Part shown: positions 1 through 8,720 of the stretch, in pieces
Layout of the letters: every line of letters begins with the position of its first letter
Position numbering within the stretch: the first letter of the stretch is position 1
IMG/VR virus record: IMGVR_UViG_2778261646_000020
Origin: a virus
Taxonomy: Duplodnaviria; Heunggongvirae; Uroviricota; Caudoviricetes
Length of the DNA stretch: 15,581 nt
Direction: 5' to 3' (one strand)
The notes under the pieces: model-generated
What the model was told of the DNA's origin: nothing
Database searches by the model: none
The model's input: the letters and a program-made list of their open reading frames with translations, nothing else
Program-made: the position numbers and the translations under genes

Positions 1-792
1 ATGCCATTAAATGGAGTCAGTGCTGCGATGCGCGAACGGGTATCGCAGCAGTTAAAAGAAATAGAACGTCGCTATGGCGTGAAAGTGCTGTACGCCTGCG
101 AATCAGGCAGCCGCGGCTGGGGATTTGCCTCGCCCGATAGCGACTACGATGTACGGTTTTTGTATGTCCATCCGCTGGAATGGTATCTGCGTGTAGAGTC
201 ACCGCGCGATGTTATCGAGCTGCCCATCGACGACGAAATAGATGTTTCCGGTTGGGAGTGGCGTAAGGCGCTGGGATTATTGAAAGGCGCGAATCCGACG
301 TTGATAGAATGGCTGGATTCTCCGGTGGTCTATCAACAAGATGAAGAAACGATAACGGCGCTTAAGGCAATGGTCCCAATGTGGTTTTCTTCGTTGCGTG
401 CACGCTGGCATTACTATTCGATGGCGCAGAAAAACTTCCGCGGCTATTTGCAGGGCGATGAAGTTCGACTGAAAAAATACTTTTACGTGCTGCGTCCGCT
501 GCTGGCCGTACGCTGGGTTGAAGCGGGAAAAGGCGTGCCGCCAATGCGCTTTGCCGAGTTACTGGCGGGAAGCGAGCTTGATGCGCCGTTACGCGTAGAA
601 ATAGACGAACTGCTGGAGCGTAAACAGCGAGCGGGGGAGGCGGAATATGGTCCGCGTCGTCCTTTGTTACATGCGTTTATTCGCGCGGAGCTGGCGCGCG
701 GGGAAATTCCACCAGTGTTACCGGATAGCAGAGAAGGGGACGTTAAGGAACTGGATAGTTTACTGTACCAGACGGTAATGCGCCGGGCGTGA
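1..792 (+). CDS. Nucleotidyltransferase-fold (pol-beta superfamily) protein, 263 aa, function unknown
   Basis: ATG at 1-3, TGA at 790-792. Motif ESGSRGWGFASPDSDYDV fits the minimal nucleotidyltransferase signature G-S-x(9-13)-D-x-D. The start coincides with the window edge, so the true N-terminus cannot be verified. Confidence 0.6.
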   Translation: MPLNGVSAAMRERVSQQLKEIERRYGVKVLYACESGSRGWGFASPDSDYDVRFLYVHPLEWYLRVESPRDVIELPIDDEIDVSGWEWRKALGLLKGANPTLIEWLDSPVVYQQDEETITALKAMVPMWFSSLRARWHYYSMAQKNFRGYLQGDEVRLKKYFYVLRPLLAVRWVEAGKGVPPMRFAELLAGSELDAPLRVEIDELLERKQRAGEAEYGPRRPLLHAFIRAELARGEIPPVLPDSREGDVKELDSLLYQTVMRRA

Positions 793-809
793 TGCCCGGC
801 GTTATTTTA
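781..809 (+). terminator. Rho-independent terminator for the plus-strand gene
   Basis: Perfect 8-bp GC-rich inverted repeat cgccgggc (781-788) / gcccggcg (794-801) with 5-nt loop containing the TGA stop, followed by ttatttta (802-809). It lies between two convergent stop codons (790-792 and 807-809). Confidence 0.5.
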
Positions 810-1262
810 CGGCTGATATTGCCAGCTACTGACTAAAGCGTACAAGTGGTTTGGAGAATAGCGCCAGCTTTCCTTCAGTTGCAGAAATTCAGCACAAAAT
901 TCACTGCAAAACAGGCGATCGCGCTGTTCTTTATTACCGATAATAATTCCTAATGCTCCGCGCCAGTCATATTTTTTGCCATCATGTTTACGGAAAAAAG
1001 TTTCCACATCCTGAAGGCTGGCCTGGAGCGGCAGCATATCCCACTTATCCGCTGGCAACGGCATTATTTTTCCGCGTACACCGCGATCGCGCAGTGATGC
1101 GGAGTAACAAAGGTAACTCTTTTCACCATGCTTAATGGCTAATTCACAGTGGGAATAATGACCACGTGTGATTTTACGGGTAAGCCAGTCAGCCAGTCGG
1201 GCAATACCACGGTGCTCTGTTCGGCCCTTATAACAAGCGAGCCAGACAGTGGTTTTACTCAT
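807..1262 (-). CDS. Hypothetical cargo protein, 151 aa; possible permuted papain-like (NlpC/P60, YiiX/YaeF-type) hydrolase
   Basis: ATG at 1262-1260 overlaps the TGA of the upstream tail fibre assembly gene (ATGA overlap), stop TAA at 809-807. Conserved-looking Cys/His motifs (WLACYKG, HYSHCEL, FCSEFCAEF). Product assignment is weak and from memory. Confidence 0.5.
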   Translation of the reverse strand: MSKTTVWLACYKGRTEHRGIARLADWLTRKITRGHYSHCELAIKHGEKSYLCYSASLRDRGVRGKIMPLPADKWDMLPLQASLQDVETFFRKHDGKKYDWRGALGIIIGNKEQRDRLFCSEFCAEFLQLKESWRYSPNHLYALVSSWQYQP

Positions 1263-1966
1263 GGTTGCCAGCCTGTTGAATAATCGTAGTCGAGCACCGC
1301 CTGAATATCGTCCAGTGCTTCCACCGCCGCGATATGGTGCTGGGCGTTTGCGAACAAGCGCATATCGTGATCCATGGTGACCGATTCAAACTGGGCGGCG
1401 ATTTCGTTGGTTAACTCGATCAGACCATTATTTTTAGTTTTCCACATTAACCCTGGCGGAATTTTTTTCTCCGCTCCCATTTTGGTGAGTGAGAGCTGCT
1501 GGATACGGCTGCTTGTATCACTGTGGAAGTAATGGTTGTTGATGATGATGTAATCGGTTGTGATGGCATCGCGTTGATTTTTGATTGCAGAGTATTTCGC
1601 CTCTTTAGCATCGGTTATAGATGGTTGCCATTTTTCACCATCCCAACGTTCAAAAGAACCTGTCGGGGAAATGACTGTTACATTTTCAGGTAATTGGCCC
1701 AATTCTTGAATAATAAGCTGGCTACCATCAACTTTGTTATAAACAGTTTGGCCTCGATGATCTTCAATAAGTCTCCATGTTTCATTCTCCCACACTGGAG
1801 TAAAACCAGGAGCCTTTTCGGGAGGTGAAATTAATGTGCAATAATTTGGCAAGCCTGTATTAGGTGCAATGTATGCATCAGACTCACCGATATATTCTTG
1901 GGAGTCTTGTGAAAAATTATATACAGTTAGTATTTGAGCTTCATCAGAAAAGGTAAAAGTATTCAT
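1259..1966 (-). CDS. Tail fibre assembly chaperone (Tfa; P2 gpG / Mu U-like)
   Basis: 235 aa. ATG at 1966-1964 overlaps the tail fibre stop (ATGA). C-terminal region ([24 protein letters not shown]) resembles the conserved tail fibre assembly domain. Sits immediately downstream of the fibre gene. Confidence 0.8.
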   Translation of the reverse strand: MNTFTFSDEAQILTVYNFSQDSQEYIGESDAYIAPNTGLPNYCTLISPPEKAPGFTPVWENETWRLIEDHRGQTVYNKVDGSQLIIQELGQLPENVTVISPTGSFERWDGEKWQPSITDAKEAKYSAIKNQRDAITTDYIIINNHYFHSDTSSRIQQLSLTKMGAEKKIPPGLMWKTKNNGLIELTNEIAAQFESVTMDHDMRLFANAQHHIAAVEALDDIQAVLDYDYSTGWQP

Positions 1967-3543
1967 GCTAGCCTCACAATATAGTTGAATGCGATATTTT
2001 TGACGGTGTTTTCGGTGCTGCCGGTATTATTAATGGTTAGGGAGTGGTTATGGGAACCAAGTGCAATTGAATGCGAATGGGTGCCGAGCGCAACAGTGTG
2101 CGAATGGGAACCAATTGTAACACTATGAACGTGTGATGGAACATTAATTGCCAAAGATGATCCGGTACCAGGGCCATATGATGTCCAGTCGCCTTGGCCC
2201 TCTGGTGAAGATGTCCCTGTTCTTACTGTTGCAGTTGCCGAGCCTGAGCCAGATGAACTTGTTGTTTTATTTCCATGGTTAAATGATGATGCAGTTTTAG
2301 TCCCCAAGTCTGTGAGGGGTGTGGTTTTCGTCCCTAAATCAGTACTCGAAATACTGCCCGTATGGTTATGTGATTTAACTCCATCCAGTTCAGTAGATAA
2401 TATAGCGCGCCCACTGGATGGTTTTCCTTTAATTATCCATCCGCGCATATCAGGAATAACACCAGATGGATATGCAATTGCCAGTTTGGGATAGGAGGTT
2501 TTATTAAATGTCTGACCTGTCATCAGAGCGTAGCCTGAAGGTACAGAATCAGATGGCCAGGGAATAGGCATCCCAACAGGACAGCTTTCCGCAGCAATAG
2601 CCTTATCCATCGCTGCCTTAACCGCGTTCGGCGTCGCAGCTTCCGTCGTACTGGTGCTGTTGGTCGCATTATTAAGTTTCACGACCCCTTTTTGTGTCAG
2701 CGTACCGTCGGGGATACCTGTTATTTGCCCCCAGGCATGGGTATGGCTGGACGGCGCCGCAGCAATAGCCTTGTCCATCGCTGCTTTAACCGCACTTGGC
2801 GTTGCAGCTTCCGTTGTACTGGTGCTATTTGTTGTGTTGTTAAGTTTAACGACTCCTTTCTGCGTCAGTGTACCGTCAGGGATACCAGTAATCTGATTCC
2901 AGGCATGAGTATGACTGGTTGCGGCTTTGCTATTTGCCAGGTCATATGCCGTTTTTACCGCTTTTGGCGTGGCTGCTTTAGTCTCATCATCGCTATTAGT
3001 TGCATTACTGAGCTGCGTAAAACCTTTTTGTGTCAGCGTCGCATCAGGATGATTTCGTGATTGCTGATGTGTTTTCAACGCGTCATCGACATATTCCCTG
3101 GTTGCCACAACGACTGAAGGGTCGATCAAAAGCGTCACCGCGTCTGCATTGGTGACTTCCATGACCGCGCGTATAACGATTTGCTTACTGGCCCCCGCAG
3201 GTAATCGTGGCTTATAGGTTTCCGGGAATTTACCAATAGCGACCAGCGTGCCGTCGGTATCCAGTAACCCAACTTCGCGTACATACCAGCCTCCGACTTG
3301 TTCGGGAATAATCGCTTCTGCGATAACCCAGGCCGGATTATCTGGCGCAATTTTTAATGTATTGAGCTGACCACGCCAGACCTCATGGACTACTTTGGTC
3401 TGACTTTCTGTCGGTTCGATATATTTACCATTACCGTCGCCAACTACCATAGTTTGCAGACGGATCTGTTTTTGCTCGGCCAGTGCTGAGGCAATTTTGG
3501 CTTTGCCTGCAGCAGTTAATATTGTAAAAAATTCACTTGCCAT
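1963..3543 (-). CDS. Tail fibre protein, mosaic (P2 gpH-like N-terminus, fibre repeats, collar domain, His-rich tip)
   Basis: Start taken at ATG 3543-3541 ([16 protein letters not shown]...), with GGAG 5 nt upstream; the longer ORF to 3666 has no start codon at that position. N-terminus resembles the baseplate-attachment domain of P2 H-type fibres. Internal ~55-aa tandem repeats ([25 protein letters not shown]...). Collar-like motif [20 protein letters not shown]...YPKL...[12 protein letters not shown]-terminal HxH repeats ([32 protein letters not shown]). Confidence 0.85.
   Translation of the reverse strand: MASEFFTILTAAGKAKIASALAEQKQIRLQTMVVGDGNGKYIEPTESQTKVVHEVWRGQLNTLKIAPDNPAWVIAEAIIPEQVGGWYVREVGLLDTDGTLVAIGKFPETYKPRLPAGASKQIVIRAVMEVTNADAVTLLIDPSVVVATREYVDDALKTHQQSRNHPDATLTQKGFTQLSNATNSDDETKAATPKAVKTAYDLANSKAATSHTHAWNQITGIPDGTLTQKGVVKLNNTTNSTSTTEAATPSAVKAAMDKAIAAAPSSHTHAWGQITGIPDGTLTQKGVVKLNNATNSTSTTEAATPNAVKAAMDKAIAAESCPVGMPIPWPSDSVPSGYALMTGQTFNKTSYPKLAIAYPSGVIPDMRGWIIKGKPSSGRAILSTELDGVKSHNHTGSISSTDLGTKTTPLTDLGTKTASSFNHGNKTTSSSGSGSATATVRTGTSSPEGQGDWTSYGPGTGSSLAINVPSHVHSVTIGSHSHTVALGTHSHSIALGSHNHSLTINNTGSTENTVKNIAFNYIVRLA
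2584..3042 (-). repeat. Tandem ~165-bp direct repeats (about 2.7 copies, diverging) inside the tail fibre gene
   Basis: Seen directly at DNA level: 2586-2750 and 2751-2915 align over most of their length, with a more divergent partial third copy to about 3042. Encodes the repeated fibre motif ATPxAVKxAxDxA...HTHAW. It also generates the spurious plus-strand ORFs 2654..2896 and 2692..3060. Confidence 0.8.
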
Positions 3544-3545
3544 TA

Positions 3546-4262
3546 TTACTCCGGATATACAGACATAATTTCGGTGCTCCAGTATCCTGTGCCGACCTTC
3601 ATCGGTTGGGATTGTGTAAGGCGATCGGGTTGATAAGGTAGTAGTTGGATATATTCCTCCACACAATAACCCGTCGCTAAAAATATTCCTGATGACTGGC
3701 TGAGGCTTTCTGCAACAGGAGGCAATACTGTAATGACTTCCCCTCCTTGCATGGCGCTGCCAATAACTGGTATTGGGCTTCGATTAATAAGCCAAATAAC
3801 AATGCTTTCCAGCTTTGAACGAACATTTTTATATTCATGAATTAATGTGATAAGTGCATTGAATTCATCTTCATTTAATCCTTTTTCCTCTAGTGTAATA
3901 TTTACCTTAAAAAAATAAGCCTTCCCCCCATATTCAAACCATTCTGAAATAGTTCCGGGTAAGGAAAGTATTTCCAGCACCCGCCGTACCGCCCAAATCG
4001 TTCCTTTATATTTATGCAGCTCAATGGCTTGCTTAATTAACTCGCGCTTCTCCCGCTCATCGGTGGTAAATAACCAACCTTCCAGCCCCTGAACGTGAAA
4101 TTGTTCTGCAAGGGCTGGTAATGCCGAAGCATCAACCAGGTCGACCAGATAAACCATCAACGCCGTCAGATCGAGTTGGGCAAAACGCTCGGCGGCGATG
4201 TTTGCCAGAATCGAAAAACGCTCATCGCTGGCAAGCGGCGGCGGTGGCAGCAATTTATCCAT
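3546..4262 (-). CDS. Baseplate protein, P2 gpI-like (tail protein I family)
   Basis: Start taken at ATG 4262-4260 ([16 protein letters not shown]...), which overlaps the gpJ-like stop by 8 nt; the track ORF begins at a TTG at 4277. Stop TAA 3548-3546, 2 nt before the fibre start. N-terminal LLPP motif and position between J-like and fibre genes match gpI. Confidence 0.75.
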   Translation of the reverse strand: MDKLLPPPPLASDERFSILANIAAERFAQLDLTALMVYLVDLVDASALPALAEQFHVQGLEGWLFTTDEREKRELIKQAIELHKYKGTIWAVRRVLEILSLPGTISEWFEYGGKAYFFKVNITLEEKGLNEDEFNALITLIHEYKNVRSKLESIVIWLINRSPIPVIGSAMQGGEVITVLPPVAESLSQSSGIFLATGYCVEEYIQLLPYQPDRLTQSQPMKVGTGYWSTEIMSVYPE

Positions 4263-5370
4263 CGCTGACTCCGGCAATCGTGACGTCTATTGCAGTGCAT
4301 TCCGCCCATTCATGCGCCTGCAAAATACGTTTTGTAGGCATATTCAGCGCAACGTCATAGACGCCATCGACCTGTAACACTTTGATTATCTGGTTTGGCA
4401 CAATGTCCTGCCCCAGATGTTTCTGCCGCTGTTGCGTCCAGAGGCTAATCGCTTTACGCGCCGCAGCCAGCGTTGTCTCCTGATCGGCGGTGGTAAACAG
4501 CGTTAGCTGAGCACGGATCTCATACGGCACTCGAAGAGCGCATTTCGCACTCACTTTGTCGGTTAGCGGTCGTTTTTTCTCCTTGCTAACCTCCTGTTCG
4601 ATTTGCGCGAGCAGTTCTATTCCTGGCAGTCCGTTCAGGGTTAGCGGGTAGATCTCCACGCAGCCTTCTGGCAATCCCTCGTCCGGCCCCAGTACTGCAA
4701 CGTCAATAATCGACTGGCTAACAGAAAGCGTATGAAAGCGGTATGCGCCATAGCTGCCCGCATTACTAAAGCTTTCTGGTGCCAGTTGGATACGCTGGCG
4801 CAATGCGTCATCGCTCTCTTCACCGCAGCCGCCCGTTGACGCAGTCAGGTTGGTTACGTTGATGTCATAATGACCAATCCTGTCGACCAGTGCGCTAATT
4901 TGTGCAGGCTGCCAGCCGTTGCCCTGTTCACCTGCTGCGAGGCTGGTGGCAGGAACGGCGATATGCAAACTCCTGGCCGGAAGCAGAACATCTTCATCGG
5001 TGGCGAACATCACGCTATCAGAGGCACTGGCCCGCGTCCCCTGGGGAATCAGGATATTGCTGGTATACGCACTGACGACCGAAAACTGCAACGTCGTTTT
5101 TGCCGGTTGTGCAGGCAAACGGTGAACGCCCACCAGCTCCCCTAAATAATCCAGCATTGGCGCGCGGGAATACGCGACCAGGTTCTGTTTCGCCGCTTCC
5201 TGAATGGCGATGCGTACAAGGTTTTCACGATAGGCAAACAGGTCGATGAGCAACCGCTCAGCCTGTGCCGGATAGAGTTTTTTACCGCTGGCATCTTCAT
5301 ATTGCGCAATCATCTCACTGGTAATTTGCGCAGGATCGCGGTCAATAAAATTGGGTTCGGCTATCGCCAT
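4255..5370 (-). CDS. Baseplate assembly protein, P2 gpJ-like (T4 gp6-like wedge)
   Basis: 371 aa. ATG 5370-5368 with strong GGAGG Shine-Dalgarno upstream. Size and position between W-like and I-like genes are typical of the Baseplate_J family. Confidence 0.8.
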   Translation of the reverse strand: MAIAEPNFIDRDPAQITSEMIAQYEDASGKKLYPAQAERLLIDLFAYRENLVRIAIQEAAKQNLVAYSRAPMLDYLGELVGVHRLPAQPAKTTLQFSVVSAYTSNILIPQGTRASASDSVMFATDEDVLLPARSLHIAVPATSLAAGEQGNGWQPAQISALVDRIGHYDINVTNLTASTGGCGEESDDALRQRIQLAPESFSNAGSYGAYRFHTLSVSQSIIDVAVLGPDEGLPEGCVEIYPLTLNGLPGIELLAQIEQEVSKEKKRPLTDKVSAKCALRVPYEIRAQLTLFTTADQETTLAAARKAISLWTQQRQKHLGQDIVPNQIIKVLQVDGVYDVALNMPTKRILQAHEWAECTAIDVTIAGVSDG

Positions 5371-5720
5371 AACACCTCCGTTGAGTTGATAACGCCGTCA
5401 GCGGCGCGCCATTGCACACGTAACGTCAGATGTTCACCGTCGATTACTGGTGTCACCTTCAGCAACCGACAGCGCGGTTCCCACTGGCGGATGGCTTCCA
5501 CCGACTCCCGTACCACATGCGGGATTGCCCGCTCGATGGGGTAATCGATGTAGTGCCACAAGTTGCTGCCAAACAGCGGTCTGTGAGGATCACTGCCGCG
5601 CGGTGTGCGCAGAATGATGTGTATCGCCTGGTGAATATCATCCAGCCCGCAGACGTATTCTTCAGGCCGCTGCAAGGCCGGTTGCCAGTGCAGCGTTGAG
5701 GGGCGTGTTTTTGTGTTCAT
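5361..5720 (-). CDS. Baseplate wedge protein, P2 gpW / T4 gp25-like
   Basis: 119 aa. ATG 5720-5718; 3' end overlaps the gpJ-like start by 10 nt. Size and position are typical of gpW/gp25 family proteins. Confidence 0.75.
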   Translation of the reverse strand: MNTKTRPSTLHWQPALQRPEEYVCGLDDIHQAIHIILRTPRGSDPHRPLFGSNLWHYIDYPIERAIPHVVRESVEAIRQWEPRCRLLKVTPVIDGEHLTLRVQWRAADGVINSTEVLWR

Positions 5721-5780
5721 GAGGGTATTTTCGCCCTGAACGGGCTGTGGAGATATTAAAGCGATTTAGAAAACTGATTG

Positions 5781-5813
5781 ATTAAAAAGAGAAAACCCGC
5801 CATCAGGCGGGTT
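5781..5813 (-). terminator. Intrinsic terminator-like hairpin between the V-like and W-like genes
   Basis: 8-bp stem aacccgcc (5794-5801) / ggcgggtt (5806-5813), 4-nt loop, starting 5 nt after the gpV-like stop. On the transcribed minus strand it is followed by TTCTCTTTTTAAT. Confidence 0.4.
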
Positions 5814-5818
5814 AAAAG

Positions 5819-6520
5819 TCAGTGTGAATGGTGGTTGGAGTTGCCACCGCTGTCCTGCAATGCGCCGCTGGCCTGAACGTTGCCGATCACGTTGACATTG
5901 CCGGTTATCGTGGCTGCGTTACCGATGCCTCCACTTCCTGCCATCCCGCCAAGCCAGGTGAGTTTTTTCATTACCGTGACGTTGCCAGTAAAGGTGCTCA
6001 TGGGCGCATCTACCGTCACTGCTGCTGCTTTAACCTCGACCTTAGTGGCGTCGATGCTGACATCGGTCGCTTTAACATCGACGGTATCGGAAGTCACGGT
6101 GACCTGTTGGGCTTTAATCTCAACGTTGGGCGATGTCAGGCAGGTACCGTTGATAACCTCAATCACGATTTTCTCGATACCGCCGTTGATCGTCAGCTGG
6201 TGCGTGCTGCGGTCATATTCAAACGCTGCGCCATCAGAAAACTGGACGTAACGTTTGTCGCGCGAGGCTACAGGCGCGGTGTCAACCGTAGAATAAACTG
6301 CGCCCAGCACCACGCCATCTTCACCGTTATTGTCCAGCAGAACTTCCACTTGCTCGCCCATATCCGGTAGCCAGTAGTCTTTATTGTCCTGGGAATTGCG
6401 TTGAAGTACCGCAAGCCAGTTGCTCTTCAGATTGTCACACTCCGGGAGCGTGACCCGCACCCGAACGCTGGTTTCGTCAATATCGCTGATAATCCCCGTT
6501 TGACGGGTTACTCCTTTCAT
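5819..6520 (-). CDS. Baseplate spike, P2 gpV-like (T4 gp5-like), with C-terminal beta-helix-like region and His-rich tip
   Basis: 233 aa. ATG 6520-6518 with GGAGGA 9 nt downstream of the gpD-like stop. C-terminal half is rich in V/T/G repeats (VTVTSDTVDVKATDVSIDATKVEVKAAAVTVDA) and ends ...SGGNSNHHSH. Confidence 0.75.
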   Translation of the reverse strand: MKGVTRQTGIISDIDETSVRVRVTLPECDNLKSNWLAVLQRNSQDNKDYWLPDMGEQVEVLLDNNGEDGVVLGAVYSTVDTAPVASRDKRYVQFSDGAAFEYDRSTHQLTINGGIEKIVIEVINGTCLTSPNVEIKAQQVTVTSDTVDVKATDVSIDATKVEVKAAAVTVDAPMSTFTGNVTVMKKLTWLGGMAGSGGIGNAATITGNVNVIGNVQASGALQDSGGNSNHHSH

Positions 6521-6529
6521 ATTTCCTCC

Positions 6530-7570
6530 TTACTGGCTGGTCGCTGGCCCGCGCGACACGTCGATTTCAGTGGTATAGCCGCTGCGCACAAAACTGTGAG
6601 TCGATTTATCAATTAGCCATTGACCGGAAAGCACGCCAAAATCGGTTAGCTCGATTTTATTGCCCGCCGTCAGTTCCGGGCAGCCCATCATTGTGAGCGT
6701 TCCGGTTTGCTGATATTCGTTGTGGCTGTCGAGTGCAGCGTTGGCTTTTGCCTGTGCTGCGCCAACGTCCGTCGCCCGACTGTTCAGTTTTAGCGTGTCG
6801 GCACTGGTGCCGACTCCACGGGCAGACGGTTTTTGCTGGCTGTCGTGGGTGTAGATAACCAGTTCTTTTTTCTTACTATTTTGATGCTGTACGGTGGCGT
6901 TTTTGTAGATACGGTTAATGGTATCTTTGAAGGTGAAATGCGAAACGTCTTTGCGGTCGATCTTTTTCACAGGTGCCAGGCAGCGCAGCGTGGGTAAATG
7001 TGAAAAAATCAGCTCTTTCGTCGTCACTTTTACGGCATAACCATATTCACTGGCCAGACGTTTGAGAAATCCAACATCGGTTTCGCCGTACTGTGTCACC
7101 CGGTCAATTGTCAGAGGCTCGATTTTGCCCACCAGCTTTAGGCCGTGAGTTTGTGCGATACGGCTGGCGATAGCCGAAAGCGTCGTTTCTTCAAAGCCCT
7201 GGCTGTTACGGGTGCGCAGCGCCTGATTGACGGAAGTGGCGATGCCATCAATATTTACCGTAGAAGGTGGCGCTGAAATATCAATTTTATCAATAATATA
7301 CTGACCACAATCGAGCAGCTTTTCTCCCTGATAACCCATATGCAGCGCCAGCGTATCGCCTTTGCCGGGATACCACTCTTTTATCCAGCGTCCATCTGTG
7401 TCATCCAGTGTAATTGCGATGGTATCCGACTCGTTTTTGATGCTGTCGTGGTAACTGATGCTGGTGACATAGGGTGTGATGTCATAAGTGATATCTTTAT
7501 GCCCATACCAGAGGGTAAAAATGGGCGTGAGTGTGGCAAAGACGCCACCAGTTACGCTTATCTCAGCCAT
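6530..7570 (-). CDS. Baseplate hub protein, P2 gpD / Mu P-like (late control D family; T4 gp27 / VgrG N-terminus-like)
   Basis: 346 aa. ATG 7570-7568 with GGAG upstream. Size and position between X-like and V-like genes fit the phage gpD family. Confidence 0.75.
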   Translation of the reverse strand: MAEISVTGGVFATLTPIFTLWYGHKDITYDITPYVTSISYHDSIKNESDTIAITLDDTDGRWIKEWYPGKGDTLALHMGYQGEKLLDCGQYIIDKIDISAPPSTVNIDGIATSVNQALRTRNSQGFEETTLSAIASRIAQTHGLKLVGKIEPLTIDRVTQYGETDVGFLKRLASEYGYAVKVTTKELIFSHLPTLRCLAPVKKIDRKDVSHFTFKDTINRIYKNATVQHQNSKKKELVIYTHDSQQKPSARGVGTSADTLKLNSRATDVGAAQAKANAALDSHNEYQQTGTLTMMGCPELTAGNKIELTDFGVLSGQWLIDKSTHSFVRSGYTTEIDVSRGPATSQ

Positions 7571-7770
7571 GGTGGGATCTCCGATAAGGTTTTATTAACG
7601 GAAATGACCGGAATAATGAGCTGAATACCGGAAGGCAGTACCGGGTAAATGGCTACATGTGGATTGGCGGCGATTATGCGTTCATAAGCCAGCGCATCAC
7701 CGTAGTAATGCCATGCCAGATTATCCCAGCGTTCGCCGTCGGTGGTGATATGTTCAAGGTATCGCATCAC
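7558..7770 (-). CDS. Tail protein X-like (small LysM-like tail/baseplate protein)
   Basis: 70 aa (69 aa if started at the ATG at 7767-7765 rather than the GTG at 7770-7768). Overlaps the upstream U-like stop and the downstream D-like start. Size and position match gpX. Confidence 0.65.
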   Translation of the reverse strand: MMRYLEHITTDGERWDNLAWHYYGDALAYERIIAANPHVAIYPVLPSGIQLIIPVISVNKTLSEIPPWLR

Positions 7771-8720
7771 CAGATCCTCGTAATGGTCGCGGCAGCAAGC
7801 TGGCTCACTGTGGGAGTGGTTTGTTGTACCGTTGTTCGTGCCTGATCAACCAACGTTGCGGCTTTATCAAACGTCGCTTCGGCGATGTCGCTGGTAATGT
7901 CGTCGAAAAGCGCCTGAGCATGGTCAACCAGTGTACTGGCGTCATTGGCGCAGTCCCGGATACCTGGCATGTTACCCAGTAAAGTTTTAATCTGCGCCGA
8001 CAACGCTTTTGGGAGTCCTGCCAGCGTTTGCAGATCCATTGGCTGTTTAAACAGGGTTTCGATGGCGTCGATTGTCTTTTTCAATGACGTAATTATCTTT
8101 TCACACTTTTCTTTTAACGCTTTGGCCTCTTTAATCATTGCTTTCACTTTTGCCACCGTTTTTTTAATATCTTCAATGGCTTGTGTCAGTTCATCCAGCA
8201 TCTCTTTGGCCTTACGCATACCTTCTTCGATGGCGTTTAATATCTGATCAAACCAGGACTCCACCTTGTCGGGAAAATCGCTCGCCTTTTCCTCGATGTT
8301 GGGCTCCTGGGTGGTAATCGCCGGAGGTAAAAGTGGATTTTTAGGATCGCCGGTGTACTCCTGGAGCGACATCGTTCCGTTTTGGGCAATCACATTGCCC
8401 CAGGGATCGGTGTGCTGGTGGGTGGCGGTTAGCTCCGTAATCACAAACCAGCCGCGATAATCGCCATTGCCAAATACCAGTGCCATCGCCTTGTGAGCAA
8501 GCATGGCTTCACGCAGTCGGTTCAGCTCTGTTGTGGGCTGGCAAAACTGGCTGTGCAGGGAAAATTCCAGCGCCAGCATATCCAGCTTATCGCCAATAAA
8601 CTGCACGCCGGGTTTGCCTTCTATACGGGCATGTGTGGCGTAATCCACGCCCATTGTGCTTTTAAAGCCGTCCCAGAATGTGACAACCTTCAATTCAATC
8701 TCTCCTAAAACGGCATACAT
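7767..8720 (-). CDS. gpU-like tail protein with ~170-aa C-terminal coiled-coil extension (occupies the position of Mu N, the DNA circularization protein)
   Basis: 317 aa. ATG 8720-8718 shares one base with the tape measure TGA. The N-terminal ~140 aa (MYAVLGEIELKVVTFWDG...GKPGVQFIGDKLDMLALEF...FGNGDYRGWFVITEL) resemble the gpU family. The C-terminal half is K/E-rich with heptad-like periodicity (EEGMRKAKEMLDELTQAIEDIKKTVAKVKAMIKEAKALKEKCEKIITSLKKTIDAIETL). Confidence 0.6.
   Translation of the reverse strand: MYAVLGEIELKVVTFWDGFKSTMGVDYATHARIEGKPGVQFIGDKLDMLALEFSLHSQFCQPTTELNRLREAMLAHKAMALVFGNGDYRGWFVITELTATHQHTDPWGNVIAQNGTMSLQEYTGDPKNPLLPPAITTQEPNIEEKASDFPDKVESWFDQILNAIEEGMRKAKEMLDELTQAIEDIKKTVAKVKAMIKEAKALKEKCEKIITSLKKTIDAIETLFKQPMDLQTLAGLPKALSAQIKTLLGNMPGIRDCANDASTLVDHAQALFDDITSDIAEATFDKAATLVDQARTTVQQTTPTVSQLAAATITRIW

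Noticed and set aside
2654-3060. Plus-strand ORFs 2654..2896 and 2692..3060 containing internally repeated peptide
   Set aside because: These are artefacts of the tandem DNA repeats inside the minus-strand tail fibre gene, not independent genes.
5828-6370. Plus-strand ORFs 5828..6370 and 5880..6251
   Set aside because: Antisense to the gpV-like spike gene; their repetitive composition mirrors the beta-helix repeats on the opposite strand.
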